Assembly (NCBI RefSeq): GCF_009914755.1
Contig: NC_060926.1
Origin: the human T2T-CHM13v2.0 reference genome, Homo sapiens
Strand: one strand, 5' to 3'
Length of the DNA stretch: 64,000 nucleotides
Below, in pieces: positions 39,411 to 52,877 of the stretch. The position numbers and the translations under genes are program-made. Below the pieces are notes generated by a model. The model saw only the letters and a list, made by a program, of their open reading frames with translations. It was not told the origin of the DNA and did no database searches. Each line of letters opens with the position of its first letter. The stretch's first letter is position 1.

Positions 39411-42246
39411 TGACAGACAGAAATGATGAACAGTTTGATATAAATTTAAATGTTGCAATATTGAAGATGTTGCCTACGAAGATAAGGATTATCCAGAGAC
39501 ATCCTGAAAAATGCACAGAATATCTGTATGCTTCAGAACGGAATTTTAAATGTTAAATTTTAAATGATGAAAGTGGTATGGAAACAAAACTATGTATAAT
39601 ATTTTATTGCACATAAAGAAGAATATGGAAAGATAGTCATTTGTTAAAATAAATAAAATGTTTCAGACTTTCCTATATGATGTCATTCCATTGAGGCAAT
39701 GCCATCTGGAATCCACCATGTGTATTACTTTTCTTTGCTTATTGATGTCCTAATAGCAGTAAGCCTTTGCCAAAGTTATTTTTCACAAGGGTTTATATTA
39801 GAAAGCTATGCTCTTCATGTCAAATAATATAATGCATCTAGTCACTTCCTTCAACTATATGTATATATTTAATTACTGATGCCTGATGCCTTTAAAATAT
39901 AAATATAAATAGCTTAAATAGGACATTTCCTCCCCATTTGACTTGCTTATGGAACTGAGATTCTGGAAGGGAGCACTGCCTTTCAATAAGTTAGTCACAG
40001 AATATATTTAGCAGTTTGAAAGCTCATACACTTTCCGGTGAACTGAGTGAAAGTTGGTACATGGTGGACAACTGACTCCTCACTCCAGATGCCCTTGTTA
40101 TTTGTATATGAGACAGTAAATCACACTGCTTTAAAAAGCTAGGAGTATTTATGTGTAAGAATAGCATAGAAGATTCTGCTTATATACTGACAGTCTTGTG
40201 TTGATTAAACTAAAGCCTACTATTATTTTGCCAGTATATCTTGTGCTAGAAAGTCCTTTTGGTAGAAAAAGAGCCTTTTAAAAACAATAACTGCTCCTAG
40301 CAGCATTTAGTACAATCTGTGAAAAACTATCAGTTTTTCTGATCCATTTATAACTGCCAGAGATAGAATGATGTCAATTAAAATTGAATCCATTACAGTC
40401 AACATGCTGGTATAATTTATCAATGCAACAATTATTTAACTACACTTTTGTGATGTGGTATAGAGCTCTGACAACATAATCTTAGAGATGGTGGATCACT
40501 CCATGTCCAGCTAAGCATAAGCAAGAACTTGCTTCTTCCTTTAGAAGCCCCAAATTCATATGCTCAAGGACATTATTAAATAATCATTAGATGTGTGCAA
40601 ATGAAAACATGCTTTCTTATTCTTTCTGCTACCAGTTTTCTTTCCCACTATTTCCCCTAGACTATTCAGACCACAATTTGCTTTTGGAATGTTACTACCC
40701 TAAAATGTATATTTGTATTCAAGGCCTTCCACCTAAAAAGAGAAAAACCAGGTCACATGTTTGTATAGCCCTGAGGAAACAACATTGGTAGTCATCAACA
40801 CTTCCTTGAATTTGTCTCTTCATTCATTACATTCCTCCTCCCTGATTTATGATCATGCAGAATGAGTGAGGTTAAAATATTTAAGTACTCAAAAATTTAC
40901 TTTCATACATTTCTGATAACTAAACTCAATTACAAAGTGTGTCCCCAAAAGAAGGATTAAAATAAGCTTTTCTTTCTATCAAGTAAGGTGATGTATGAGT
41001 CTATACATACTGCGCATTCATGATTAAAACAAATATCTTAATGTACTGAGGGTGGAAAAAGACATTGAAAGATTTTATATACATTTAAGTGTGTGAATCC
41101 TCTCTTAGAAATAGTCTTTAAAAATATTCACTGGCAGAAGGATAATTCATAGTTCAGGAAAATATTCTACAATCAGTTATTAATTTCTTAACATTTCATA
41201 TATATATATTACCTTGGTGACATATTCCACCGCATTCCTCTAATATCAAAAGAATATCATACCCAAAGGGCCATTCCTGTTTTTATTTATTCAATTATCC
41301 ATATTTCTTTGTCATTTTTACATTTCACCCTTAAAAACTCCTTGAGATTTGCCTTATTCTTATTGTGTCATCAAATATCTTCAGATATTTCTCCAGAAAA
41401 ACCTTCAGAGATTACCATTTTATAGTTTATGGGTCTGACTAAAAGATATTCCAATTGTGTCAATAAAATTCTATCACAATTTTTTCTGCAGGAAATAGTC
41501 CCCTTAGTGACAGAATATCTGGACATCTAAGGAACATGATGAGGCTGGCAGAGATAGATAATGCAGGTAGGTTTGATTTATCTCAGGAAGTTATAAAACC
41601 TGTCTGCAATGAAGGAGGTTAAAGCTATAATGATTCTTCATAATGAACTCTGATAGTGAGGAGCAAGCAAGCAATGAGCCACTCTTCATGGCAGCTAATG
41701 GTTCAGGCAGCAATGAGGAAGAATTACTGCTCACCTGGCCCTGTGATTCCAGCATAAAAACACAACACAATGAAGAAGCACACCGTTACCCTGAATTTCA
41801 GAGGAAGCACTGAAAGTGTCTTTCAATGTAAATAAATTAATCATTGTTTTACATTCAGTAACTCGTCCTATTCTTCTGTTTTTATTTCCTGGTCCAGCTT
41901 CCTTATGTAGAAGTTATGTTGCCCAAACTTTTTTTCTTTTTCATATCCAACATATTTTTATAGTAATCAAATAGCGTCTGCACAAAAGAAATTGAGTTTA
42001 TATCTATATATGAAAAACTAATAGGACTCAGTGATCCTGGATATTGACACGCTCACCCTCTGTCATCAATCTAGAACACTGCATAATAAATGTTATTGTC
42101 ACATCTGTGCAATAAACGTTCATAACCAAAAGAATTGGCTGGATTTCCTACAGTGTGCTATCTGCAAAAATTATCTATCAAAAAAGTTGTAACAAACTTT
42201 GGCACTAATACTGCATATAACACTATGAAATTTATTACTGTTTTTA

Positions 42247-43748
42247 CAGACACATACAGCAATGAAACAGAATAGAGAACCCAGGAATAAGGCTACACCC
42301 CTACAACCGTCTGATCTTCAACAAAGCTGACAAAAACAAGAAATGGGGAAAGAACTCTCTATTCAATAAATGGTGCTGGGATAACTGGCTAGCCATATGC
42401 ACAAGATTGAAACTGCACCCCTTCCCTAAACCATAGACAAAAATCAGCTTCAGATGGAGTAAGACTAAAATTTAAAACCCAAATCTATAAAAATCCTAGA
42501 AAACTACCTAGGCAATACTATTCTGGACATAAGAATGGGCAAAGATTTCATAATGAATATGCCAAAAGCAATTGCAACAAAAGCAAAACTTGGCAAATAG
42601 GAACCAATTAAACTTAAGAGCCTTTGCACAGCAAAAGAAACTATAAGCAGAGTAAACAGACGACCTACAGAATGGGAGACAAATTTTGCAAACTATGCAT
42701 CTCACAAAGCCCTAATATCCAGCATCTATAAGGACCTTAAACAAACTTACAGAGGCCGGGGACGGTGGCTCATGCCTGTAATCCCAGCACTTTGGGAGGC
42801 TGAGGCGGGTGGATCACGAGGTCAGGAGTTCAAGACCAGCCAGGCCAAGATGGTGAAACCCCATCTCTACTAAAAATACAAAAAAATTAGCCAGGCATGA
42901 TGGCAGACACCTGTAATCCCAGCTACTCAGGAGGCTGAGGCAGAGAATTGCTTGAACCCGGGAGGTGGAGGTTGCAGTGAGCCAACATCGCACCACTGCA
43001 CTCCAGCCTGGGCGACAGAGTGAGACTCCGTCTAAAAAAAAAGACAGAAAAAAAAATTTACAGGAAAAAACAAACTTTATTAAAAAGTGGACAAAGGACA
43101 TGTACAGACACTTTTCAAAAGAAGACATACCTGTGGCCAATAAGCATATGTAAAAAAGTTCAACATCACTGATCGTTAAAGAAATGCAAATTAAAATCTC
43201 AAAGAGATAATATCTCACATCCGTCAGACAGGCTATTATTAAAGAGTAAAAAAATAACAGGTGCTGGTGAGATTGTGGAGAAAAAGTAACATTTATATAT
43301 TGTTGGTGGAAGTGTAAATTAGTTCAACCATTGTGGAAAGCAGGGTGGTGATTCCTCAAATACCTAAAAACAGAATTACCATTTAACCTAGCAATCCCAT
43401 TACTAGATATATACCCAAAGGAATGTAAATTTTTCTGTCATAAAGACACATGCACATGTAGTTCATTGAAGGAGCAATAGTGCTCTTTATTGTAGCACTA
43501 TTCACAATAACAAAGACATAAAATCAGCCTAAATGTTTATCAATGGTAGGCTGGATAAAGAAAATGAGGTACATATATACCATGGGATACTATGCAGCCA
43601 TAAAAAAAGAATGAAATCATGTCCTTTGCAGGAACATGGTTGAAGCTAGAGGCCATTATCCTTAACAAACTAACACAAGAACAGAAAACCAAATACCACA
43701 TGTTCTCATTTGTAAGTGGGATCTAAATGATGAGAACACATGGACACG
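42247..43748 (+). mobile_element. L1PA13-16/L1PREC2-type ORF2 3' fragment, Alu-interrupted, 3'UTR end missing
   Basis: ATTCAATAAATGGTGCTGGGATAACTGGCTAGCC..TGAGAACACATGGACAC. Confidence 0.9.
42754..43056 (+). mobile_element. Alu (AluSg-like) inserted in L1
   Basis: GATCACGAGGTCAGGAGTTCAAGACC; TSD ~AAACTTACAG / AAATTTACAG. Confidence 0.95.
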
Positions 43749-43914
43749 GAAGTAATAGACTTTTCTATGAAAATGAAGAAAATAATAAACATATCCTTTT
43801 GTTTCTCAATTGTGTTTCCCTAGGAAGGTCATGTCGAATGAAACAGCATGGGTCTTCATTTGTTGATAACAGGAGTGCAAATTCTGGCCTCCAAAGACTG
43901 AGACATCAGTAATA

Positions 43915-45192
43915 TGGAGTCTCCAAAAAGTTCATGGAAAATGTGTATTATGAAAAAACTATTCATGTATGTCAAAAATTTATGCACCAAAATAAATTCA
44001 TACTAACTTATTATAACATGCCTGAACAGGATCTAGTTTGAGGCTAGAGGGATAAGACATCAGTATTAAAATATCCTCTATCAGAGTAACATTAATTCTG
44101 CAAAAACTGAAGCAAGAACAAGCACAAAATTTATGGTGAAGTATAGGTAAAAGAATGATGAAATGACTGATGTTTTATTAAAAGTTTATGCAGACAATGC
44201 TCCAAAGAAATCAGCATTTTACAAATGGACAACTCATTTCAAGATGGGAAAAAATAATGTTGAAGATGAAGCTCCCAGCAACAGATCATCTACATCAATT
44301 TGCAAGAAAAATAATTAATCTTATTTATGCTATAATTGAAGAGGGCCAACGATTAACAACACAAACAGTAGCCTATACCATAGACATCTCAATTGGTTCA
44401 GTTTACACAATTCTGAAAAATTAAAGTTAAGAAGACCTTTCACTCAATGAGTGACAAAACCATGGCACCCAAATCAGTACAGACAGGAGCAGAGCTTTCA
44501 GGGAAATTTTAAATAACTGGGATCAAGATCCTGAAGAATTTCTTTGAAGAATTGTAAAAGAAGATGAAACATGGCTTTACCAGTATGATCCTGGAGACAA
44601 AGCACAATCAAAGCAATGGCTACCAAGAGGTGGAAGTGGTCCAGGCAAAGCAAAAGCAGGCTGGTCAAGAGCAAATCTCATGGCAATAGTTTTGAAGGCA
44701 TTTTGCTTGTTGACTTTCCACAGGGCCAAAGAACAATTACATCTGCTTGTTATGAGAGTATTCTGAGAAAGTTAACCACAGCGTTAGCAGAAAAAATGCC
44801 CAGGAAAGATTCACCAGAGAGTTATTCTCCACCACAATAATGTTCCTGCTCATTCTTTTTGTCAAACAAGAGTAATTTTTTGAGAGTTTGATGGGGAATC
44901 ATTAGGCATCCACCTTACAATTCGAATTTGGTTTCTTCTGACTTCCTTTTGTTTTATAACCCTAAAAAATCTTTAAAAGGCACTTGCTTTTCTTTAGCCA
45001 ATAATGTAAAAAAGAATGCATTGATATGGCTAAACCCCAGGAACTGCCATTCTTTAGGAATGGATTAAATGGCTGGTAACATCACTTACAAAAGTGTCTT
45101 CAATTTGATGGAACTTATATTGAGAAATCAAGTTTATGTTTTTATTTTTATCTATTAATTTTATTTTTCGATGAACTTTTTGAAGTCCCTTG
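43915..45192 (+). mobile_element. Full-length HSMAR2 mariner transposon with a disrupted transposase
   Basis: TIRs (GTCTCCAAAAAGTTCATGGAAAA / TTTTCGATGAACTTTTTGAAGTC) flanked by TA; transposase motifs readable: RIVKEDETWLYQYDP, LHHNNVPAH, HPPYNSNLVSSDF. Confidence 0.95.
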
Positions 45193-45889
45193 TATAACTA
45201 GTAGAATAAGCAAATACAGCAGAAGCCATGATAATAGATTTATTTTTCCCTTTATATGAAATTTAGATGTTTCAAAAAGAGGATAGGGACAGTATTTTCA
45301 GATAGGAAAAAATAATTGTAGATTCATCTGCTATCTTAAAGAGCTCTGCTCATTTTCATAGTGAAAGACATTTTTAATAGAGATTAAGATACAGCCCTAA
45401 CTAAATTTCTGAATACTCTTTAAATCTGTAAGAGAGATTGCATGAGTCAGGATTTTTTATGCACCATTGTCTGCTTCAGTTATTCTTAACAGGCCACTCA
45501 AGGAAGATAAAGAGCCATGGGTTGTATATACTACGCATGCCTGAGACCATAAAGTAGTTCATCTCTTACAGGCTCATTGACTTTGCAAGTCAACTGGTAA
45601 ATGAAAAAATTCTTAACTTTCCCAATCATAAAGTTGTGATTAGCTCAACTCTTCTGCTATAAATGTGCCAAAATGATGCCATTAATGGATTTCATGAATA
45701 AGAAGGTTGCGGCTTTATTTTTTCCCACATATTCTTCACCTTGAGTTCTCATATTGTAATTATATACAAAGAAGAACATTTTATACACTGACAATATGTA
45801 AAATAAAATGCATGAACTTATTGTTTATGTTTAATTAGAGGAAAAGATCTGTCAAATAACTCATATTGTAAAGACTACTGTAATTTTAA

Positions 45890-46294
<405 letters not shown>

Positions 46295-46546
46295 TGAATC
46301 TGAGGGAGGTAGCTCAAGCTATTCTTCCAATTGGTGTTTGTGAGTCTAGATGACTCCTACTCCATCCCCACCAACCTCTGTGTTACAAAAGGAAAAGGAT
46401 GTTCCTAGCAGAACTCCCTTGAACCCTAGATTAAGTCTAGTATTGTGCTAGTTCTGCTGCTACGGTTCTTAATGTTTTTACTCAATAATATCACAGAAAA
46501 GTCTCACAAAACAAATTCAGAAATCTCACTTTTTAAAGGATCATCA

Positions 46547-47022
46547 AAACCCTGTCATTTGCAACAACATGGATGGAACTGGAGGTTATTATGTTAAGTG
46601 AAACAAGCCAGGTGCAGAAAGACAAACACTGCTGATCTCACTGATATGTGAAAGCTAAAAAAGCCAAACTTAACAGAAGCAGAGAGTAGAACTGTAGTTA
46701 CCAGGGCCTGAAGGTTATAAGGGGTTAAAGAAACATTGGTCTAAAGGTACAAAATTTCAGTTAAATAGGAGGAACAAGTTCAAGAGATCTAGTTCACATG
46801 GTGACTATAATAAATAACAATAAATTATATTATTGAAAATTCTAATAGAGTAAATTTAAGTGTTCTCACCACACGAAAAAAGATAAATATGTGAGGTAAT
46901 GTATACGCTAATTAGTTCAGTTTAGCCATTCTACAATGTACGCATTTATCAAGACATTATGTTGTACATGACAAATACGTACAATTTTGATTTATCAGTT
47001 AGTTAATAAATTTAAAAGAAAA
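46547..47022 (+). mobile_element. L1MA (L1MA6/7-like) 3' end
   Basis: GTCATTTGCAACAACATGGATGGAACTGG..TGTTCTCACCACAC..ATGTGAGGTAATG..TTTAGCCATT. Confidence 0.9.
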
Positions 47023-47024
47023 AC

Positions 47025-47215
47025 GCTGTTCTAGCTATATTTTAAAAGGCATGCCCCAATCTTTCAGAACCTTAGCAAGCCCAACTATCTGTAAAATGGT
47101 CAACTAATTCCTCCCTCACTGACCTCACAGGGATATGGAGAGGGTCTAGTCACAGTGGGAACATACATAAAAACAATGTAAACTATAAACCATGGAAATA
47201 ATGTGCAATAACTAC
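47025..47215 (+). mobile_element. MIR fragment
   Basis: ATCTGTAAAATGG..GACCTCACAGGG. Confidence 0.5.
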
Positions 47216-47251
47216 ATACTATTATGGAATTTGAATATGATGGCTTTAAAC

Positions 47252-47475
47252 TGACCTTGTCCAACCCATGGCTCACGGGTTGGACTACTTGCAGCCCAGG
47301 ATGGCTTTGAATGCTGCCTAACACAAATTCATAAACTTTCTTAAGACATCAGGAAATTTTTTAGTGATTTTTTTTTAGCTCAGCAGCTATCATTAATGTT
47401 AGTGTATTTTATGTGTGGCCAAGACAATTCTTCTTCCAGTGTGGCCCAGGGAAGCCAAAAAGTTGGACACCCCTA
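47252..47475 (-). mobile_element. MER30 (hAT-Charlie)
   Basis: GGCCCAGGGAAGCCAAAAAGTTGGACACCCCT end; 8-bp TSD CTTTAAAC / CTTCAAAC. Confidence 0.9.
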
Positions 47476-48746
47476 CTTCAAACCATTTGAAATAATGATT
47501 TAAAGGAAACAGAAAAGCATTCATCTCCTATATAAATGTTCTATATAAAGAATCATATAATTCTCTCTTTAAAGTTATAATTATACTTCCCTTATTGTAA
47601 ATGTGTTTCTGAGAAGTTGTTTATAAATCAAATTTTATTTTAAGCACATTAAGGGAACAAGCTATTTGAAGAAACTCCCCGTTGAACCTTTTGTGAAGTG
47701 AAGAATGCTTCTAAAATGCAAATAGATAATTTTTAACTACTCATTTTTTCAAGTTTGGGATTTGTATATGATGTTTTCTGGAAGTGAGCCACAGCTATAT
47801 TGCCATCAGCAACATCTGGTAGTTTCTCTATGGAACTGCTCATGCCTTTCTTGAGTCACACTCACAACAGCACTACAACTGGCCTCATAGTAAGGATGAA
47901 ACATTCAGGTCCTTCCAGTTGCCCATCAAGTGCTAAGAAACAAACGCAAGTGTTACCACCCCTTAGACTCCATTCACGGCTGGATTCCCTCATTTCCCAC
48001 AATAAACACTTAACTCAAACAGAGGATTCCTTATCAAAAAAAGAAAAAAATACCCTTAATGAAATTAATCACACATCCTTAATGCTCAGGACTGATTTCT
48101 TACACACCTAGAAATGTCACTGTCTCCCAAATAGTCCAAAAATCTTATATGAGGATGTTTTTATAAGATCACCTACATTTCTTGGCTTCACCTAGATTGA
48201 CAATATATCTGGTGTTAAAAATAAAAAGTTTTCATAAAATTTAGTTTCTTGGAAACTCAGGAAAAGATTCGTTTCTTCATAATGAGTTTCGTCAAAAGTT
48301 TTTGTGATTCAAGATCAAGATTCAAGTCACTTCCCATTTAACTTAAATCTGTTTCAGAATTCAGTTTTGCTGAGGCTCACCTTCCCATTTGCTGATTGGC
48401 TGCCAGTGTGCACGTTAGCCACAAGAGAGGCTGAAAGGGTAATGGAGAGATTTGATTGAAGTGCTTCAACCACAGAATTTCTACAAGCATAGCTTTGCAC
48501 TTATCAAATTGGAATTGCCCAAAAAGAATCTTCTGAAAATTGTTCAATATTGTCACTAAGAACACACAAGGCTAACCAAAGAATTCAATGATCTTTTTCA
48601 TCATTAATCCAAATGTATTTTATAATTAATCTGGCAGAATAAATCTCAAAACACTGGTACGTAAGAAAAAGGAAGACCTCCTAAACAACAAATTAAGAAA
48701 TCGAAAGCTGTGAGGACTTAGGCGAGGGCAACGTCATGATGAAGAC

Positions 48747-48965
48747 TACAGTGATCAAAAGCATGAATTTTGGAGCCAGGTCGGGTTCCAGTGGCAACTC
48801 TGACACTCACTAGCTGTGTGACTTTGAACAATGTAATGTGTAGACTTCAGTTTCCTCATCTATAAATATGGTGACAACAGTACTTACCTATAGTAGGGTT
48901 GTTATACAAATAAATGTTAACATGTATAAAGTTCTTAGAACAGCACCTAAATAATACGTAACGTA
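48747..48965 (+). mobile_element. MIR
   Basis: TGGAGCCAG..CACTCACTAGCTGTGTGACTTTG..CTTCAGTTTCCTCATCTATAAA. Confidence 0.9.
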
Positions 48966-49739
48966 GAATGTGGAATAGAATAAAAAATCTGGTTCTCTAA
49001 GGAATCTTAGAAATGAGAAGGCGAGACACAGAGACGTTGCAAGAACTAAACTATATGGCCCATCAATGATACACACATAATGGTTCTAACAACCTCTCTC
49101 TGTTTGTTACTGGCTTATTGGATACTCTGGGATAGTCATTCAAATGATTACTGCCAAACTGAAATGATAATAACACTGAGGACATTTAACACCAAAGGAT
49201 GTTTCATCTTTCCTATGAGGCCAGTGGTAGTGCTCTTGTGTGACCCAGGAAAGGCATGAGCAGTTCCACAGAGAAACTACCAGATGTTGCTCATGGCAGT
49301 AAAGCTGTGTCTCACTTCCAGAAAACATCAGATAGAAATCCCAATGTTATTAATACTAATAGCATTTGTATTAGAGGTGTGAGAAACGATGAACAGTAAA
49401 AACAACAACAACAAAAAAACACTCTTAACTGTTTTGCTGGTGGAAAAGCACCAGAGTTTAAGAGCATATTATCAGTTCCCAAAAGCACATTTCCATTTTT
49501 AATCACACGTTCTGAGGCTGCTGTCTAGAGAGAAATGTGGACTATAGCCAGAGGGCTCTTTGAAATGGAGGGTTTTTTTAATAACACAGAAAGTGAAATA
49601 CTCTGAAAATCACATTTGGCTTCAGAAGTAAGTTCAGGCTAGCTTATTCAATAGTGTGCTAAACAGGAAGTAAAAGCTCAAGCACTTGATGGCTGCTCAC
49701 ATCCTGTGTGACCTTGAGAAATTACAGAATCTTTCTAGG

Positions 49740-50030
49740 TTTTTTTTTTTTTTCTTTTTGAGACAGAGTCTCACTCTGTCACCCAGGCTGGAGTGCAGTG
49801 GCGCGACCCTGGCTTACTGCAACCCCCAGGTTCAAGCAATTCTCCTGCCTCAGCCTCCCGAGTAGCTGGGATTACAGGCCTGTGCCACCACGCCTAATTT
49901 TTGTATTTTTAGTAGAGGCTGGGTTTCACCATGTTGGCCAGGCTGGTCTCGAACTCCCAACCTCAGGTGATCCCCCTGCCTTGGCCTCCCAAATTGCTGA
50001 GATTACAAGCATGACCCACCGCACCCAGGC
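49740..50030 (-). mobile_element. Alu (AluSx/Sq-like) with small internal deletions, inserted in a MIR fragment
   Basis: Antisense dimer; TSD GAATCTTTCTAG / GAATCTTCCTAG. Confidence 0.95.
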
Positions 50031-51802
50031 TGAATCTTCCTAGACTTCATGTTCCCTATAGATGAGGAAGACTTCCGTTTTCCTATCACTAGATTTCCTA
50101 TCATCTTTCCTATCACTAGAGAAGCAAATCTTATTGCTTCTCTAGTGATAATTATGTTAATGATGACTGATTCAAGGGTAAAGCCCTTCCCAATTATTAA
50201 AAAGTTTGCGAATGAAAGGCAGGCCACTAATAATGGACCCCTTAAAAGTTGGTAATACTAGATTCATATCCTTCAGCACATGAATTGTTCCACATGGATA
50301 TAAACCAGGATGCAAACTTTGGTTTCATAACTCATTATTCGGGTATGAGTGATTTAGGAATCTGATAAGCCCCAGCTTAGCCAAGGACCAGAATGAAGTT
50401 TGGCCTGTTTTTCCACAGTGCCACATCAAGGGTAGGCTCAGATCCTTTTTCGAGATTCTATGAGATTCTGAAAGCATGGGAGATTTTATCCATCCCAACG
50501 AGGAAACCAGGCCTCAGGGAAAAGATGACATCACAGATCAAAGGTAAAGCTTGACCTAGGCTTGAGTGGTTACCTATATTTCTAACACTTTTTTTGACCA
50601 CTAGAGATTGACTTAGGCATTTAATGATTTCAACAGACCCCAGGCAGAGAGACAGAAAGAAAATAAATGATTACTGTAATAGGAAACCAGTGACTCAAGG
50701 TATAGCACACCATATGCCATTAATTGAAGAAACATTCTTTTCTCAAATGGGTTCAAACAGCATTATTTTTTAAAAATTAAGTGTGTTTGGTGGTAATATG
50801 CTTTCCCATAGGCCAATCCATTAAAGAACATTTAGGCCTGCAGCTCCCATTGATGGAAATATTGAAGAGCAAAGTCAAGCTGAAGGACTTACAAGACCAG
50901 ACAATGAAAGGAATCACTACCCATCTAGCTGAAGTCCATGTCACACTCCAAGGCTTCAGGACATTGTAAGAGACAGAGAAAGGAAAAGGATACAAGGAAT
51001 GAGAGTCTTTTTGTTTGGGATAAGAGATATAGGAGAGATGTTTAGGAAGCGCAGGTAAAAAACTCAGATCGAGAGAGCAAAGTTACCACTAGGCAGAAAG
51101 GTCTACTTTACTTGTGAAAGTGCAGGCATTAGGCACTTTTCTATGGCTACTCAAGGAACAATGATAATTTAGATAGCACTTTAGCCTTTTTCCTCCTTTC
51201 TAAAAGTATCCTAACCCTCTAATAAACTCTAACTCCAACCATCTTTCATCAGTTTTTCATGTTAGTTTAGAGAAAATCGCATGGAAGAAAGGAAAGAGAA
51301 CAACACACCACCCCATATTTTATCAGATCCAGTGGACTGAAAGTGTCAGCATTTTTTAAAGAACTTAGATTCATGTTTCTAGGTGACTGTCAGCAAACCC
51401 AGGAAGCACATTCTGACACTGGCATAGAAACTCACAAAACCAGAAGAATGTTACAGAAAGGACAAATGCTACTGAGCCTGAACTATTTTCATAGGTTTGA
51501 GAGGTGAAATCCTGCAGAAAGAGAGAAAGAGAGAACTTCATTTGTCCTCTCTATAACATTCTTCTGGTTTGTGAGTTTCTATACCACTGTCAGAATGTGC
51601 TTCCTGGGTTTACAGTGAAAATCTGCTCAGCTGACTTCTCACCTCACTTTGGGTCAGCAGATGGCCTGGCACTTTTTATTTAGACAGTGTTCATGATAAT
51701 GCAAGCAAAAATATGTAGAGACTTTAATAAAAGGGATCAGAAAGGAGAAACTCTGGGTCCAGTGGGAAGGAGTCTGAGGAGGGAATACTCTGGGTGAAAT
51801 GC

Positions 51803-51938
51803 CTTGCCCCTCAAAGTGTGGTTCCTGGACCAGCAGCATCATCAGATCACAGGCCCCACCCTAGACCTACTAATCAGAATCTATGCAGTAACACGATCTC
51901 CACATGTTGCATATACAATTTAAGTTTGAGAAGAGTCA
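51803..51938. mobile_element. MER5A (hAT-Charlie), internally deleted
   Basis: CTCAAAGTGTGGTTCCTGGACCAGCAGCATC..GGCCCCACCCTAGACCTACT..AAGTTTGAGAAG. Confidence 0.85.
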
Positions 51939-52269
51939 GTGTGGAGGACACCCCTGGGCAAGCAAATAAGACTCAGATGGGAATCAGGATCCCTGGGGAT
52001 TTTCTGGGTGATTTGGAATCACCCAGAGGATGAGATACAGCAGGAGGCAGTCCATATCAGATCCGGCTGACGATGGCATCATGAACCCAAGGAATGATGA
52101 ATCAATGCCATAGGGGGAAGACAGGGGAAGTAATCTCTCCTCAGGGTCCAGTCCTCTGTAAGAACTGGCCAATGCCATTAATATTATCAGAATCCCAGGC
52201 ATGAAGAGTAAAATTTAAAAAACGGCTCTAGTTCCTTCAAGGAACAGAAGTCCTTAGAAGGTAAACCAA

Positions 52270-52588
<319 letters not shown>

Positions 52589-52854
52589 CTACAGACTGAT
52601 TCAGCATTGGAAAGGTAGGCAAATGGCATGACTTGGAGATTACATGGGCAACCTCCCTGGCACACTGATGTCTCAATCTCCCACCAGAAAATCCCACTAG
52701 CCATAGGGGCTGGGGCTCTCAGTGTCTTCTGCCCTGTTTGGGTGGCTTTATGAACTAGACTGAGCAGTAGTTTTAGTTGTTTGGGACTGAGAAATGCAAG
52801 GAGCTAACATGACTTGTGCAAATTTGGTGAAAACCAGTTAAACTGAGTTGAGAT

Positions 52855-52877
52855 AGATATATATATATATATATATT
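52855..52877. repeat. (AT)n microsatellite
   Basis: Direct inspection. Confidence 0.95.

Noticed and set aside
50049-50255. ORF with FPIT repeats
   Set aside because: The peptide periodicity is a by-product of the DNA-level TTTCCTATCA duplications
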